Shown here: positions 38,523 through 39,790 of the stretch, in pieces
How the letters are laid out: each line of letters starts with the position of its first letter
Position numbering within the stretch: position 1 is the stretch's first letter
Assembly: GCF_035653355.1 (NCBI RefSeq)
Contig: NZ_DASRBZ010000340.1
Span: 1-39,790, forward strand
Length of the DNA: 39,790 nucleotides
Direction: 5' to 3'
Source: Mycobacterium sp.
GTDB taxonomy: Bacteria; Actinomycetota; Actinomycetes; Mycobacteriales; Mycobacteriaceae
Notes under the pieces: generated by a model
Seen by the model: the letters and a program-made list of their open reading frames with translations, nothing else
Told to the model about the DNA's origin: nothing
Databases searched by the model: none
Translations under genes and position numbers: made by a program

Positions 38523-38574
38523 TTGACAGTCTCGCGCTCATGTCGTATCAATAAGACATGACCGTCGGTTTGTC
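38523..38574 (+). promoter_or_regulatory. cyp130 promoter (probably leaderless) with two GACA-N12-TGTC operators
   Basis: TTGACA (38523-28), 17 nt, TATCAA, then ATG 38558. Palindromes at 38525-44 and 38555-74. Confidence 0.55.
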
Positions 38575-39781
38575 TCATCAGCCTCGGTTTCAACTTGCTA
38601 CTGCCGAGACCTGGGCCAATCCGTGGCCGATGTACAAAGCGTTGCGCGACCACGACCCGGTGCATCACGTCGTTCCGCAAGACCGGCCCGAGCAGGACTA
38701 CTACGTGCTGTCTAGGCACGCCGATATCTGGGGGGCCGCCCGCGACCACGACACGTTCTCGTCGGCGCAGGGCTTGACCGTCAACTACGGTGAGCTGGAA
38801 ATGATTGGGCTGCAAGACAACCCACCGATGGTCATGCAGGACCCACCGGTGCACACGGAGTTTCGCAAGCTGGTGTCACGTGGTTTCACCCCGCGCCAGG
38901 TCGAGGCGGTGGAGCCCAAGGTCCGCGAGTTCGTTGTCGAGCGGATCGAACGGTTGCGCGCCAACGGCGGCGGCGACATTGTCGCTGAACTGTTCAAGCC
39001 GCTGCCGTCGATGGTCGTCGCGCACTACCTGGGCGTGCCCGAAGAGGACCGCACCCAGTTCGACGGCTGGACGCAGGCGATCGTCGCGGCCAACACCACC
39101 GAGGGCGGCGTCGCCACCGCCGGCGACGCGGTCGGCTCGATGATGGCCTACTTCGCCGAGCTCATCGAGCGTCGCCGCAGCGAACCGGAGGACGACACGA
39201 TCTCGCATCTGGTGGCGGCCGGCGTCGGCGCCGACGGCGATGTCGCCGGCACGTTATCGATACTCGCGTTCACGTTCACCATGGTCACCGGCGGCAACGA
39301 CACCACAACTGGAATGCTCGGCGGCTCAATGCCTTTGCTGCACGAGCGCCCGGATCAGCGGCAGCTGCTCGTTGACAATCCCGACCTGATCCCCGACGCC
39401 GTCGACGAGCTGCTGCGTCTGACCTCGCCGGTGCAGGGGCTCGCGCGCACCACCACCCGCGACGCGACGATCGGCGACACCACCGTGCCGGCCGGCCGCA
39501 AAGTGCTGCTGTTGTACGGATCCGGAAACCGGGATGAACGCCAATACGGTGCTGACGCCGGCGAACTCGACGTGACCAGGTGTCCGCGCAACATCCTGAC
39601 GTTCAGCCACGGCGCCCACCATTGCCTGGGCGCGGCGGCGGCGCGGATGCAGTCGCGGGTCGCGCTGACCGAGCTCCTAACCCGCTGCCCAAACTTCGAG
39701 GTCGACGAGTCCGGGATCGTGTGGGCCGGCGGCAGTTACGTGCGACGTCCCCTGTCGGTGCCCGTCACGGTGACGGCGTGA
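38558..39781 (+). CDS. cyp130: Cytochrome P450 CYP130 (Rv1256c ortholog)
   Basis: I-helix TGGNDTT, ExxR (ELLR) and heme ligand FSHGAHHCLG; synteny. Confidence 0.93.
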   Translation: MTVGLSHQPRFQLATAETWANPWPMYKALRDHDPVHHVVPQDRPEQDYYVLSRHADIWGAARDHDTFSSAQGLTVNYGELEMIGLQDNPPMVMQDPPVHTEFRKLVSRGFTPRQVEAVEPKVREFVVERIERLRANGGGDIVAELFKPLPSMVVAHYLGVPEEDRTQFDGWTQAIVAANTTEGGVATAGDAVGSMMAYFAELIERRRSEPEDDTISHLVAAGVGADGDVAGTLSILAFTFTMVTGGNDTTTGMLGGSMPLLHERPDQRQLLVDNPDLIPDAVDELLRLTSPVQGLARTTTRDATIGDTTVPAGRKVLLLYGSGNRDERQYGADAGELDVTRCPRNILTFSHGAHHCLGAAAARMQSRVALTELLTRCPNFEVDESGIVWAGGSYVRRPLSVPVTVTA

Positions 39782-39790
39782 TGGCGGGCA
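39781..39790 (+). CDS. Start of a TetR-family regulator (Rv1255c ortholog), truncated by the window
   Basis: ATG GCG GGC overlaps the cyp130 stop (TGATG). Only three codons are visible, so the call rests on synteny. Confidence 0.45.

Noticed and set aside
31708-38557. Prophage or tRNA-anchored integrative island
   Set aside because: No integrase, tRNA, att-type direct repeat or phage genes; the boundaries are inverted repeats instead.

Overview
GC-rich mycobacterial chromosome segment, probably a non-tuberculous Mycobacterium. It is collinear, in reverse orientation, with M. tuberculosis Rv1286 to Rv1255c: cysN(C), cysD, canA, oppBCDA, an SbcC/SbcD-like pair, sixA, lprC/lprB, a heterodimeric ABC exporter, abmR, an Mcr11-like sRNA, the Rv1264 adenylyl cyclase, amiB2, a HIT protein, udgB, tap, Rv1257c, cyp130 and the start of a TetR gene. 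Orthology is recognised from remembered protein sequences and synteny, not from a database search. The main discovery is a 6,713-bp lower-GC element (31774-38486) inserted just upstream of cyp130. It has TGT...ACA terminal inverted repeats, several internal (G/T)TGGCGGA end repeats and a near-perfect 6-bp target duplication (CCAGCC/CCAGCG), but no recognisable transposase. It looks like a non-autonomous Mu/Tn552/Tn7/IS21-type transposon whose intact cargo is defence-like: an Mrr-like nuclease with an unrecognised C-terminus, a divergent PHP + coiled-coil ABC-ATPase (Ppl/TrlF-like) behind a hairpin-rich intergenic region, and a RelFG toxin-antitoxin pair. It also carries a frameshifted fragment of an Mce-associated membrane protein gene.
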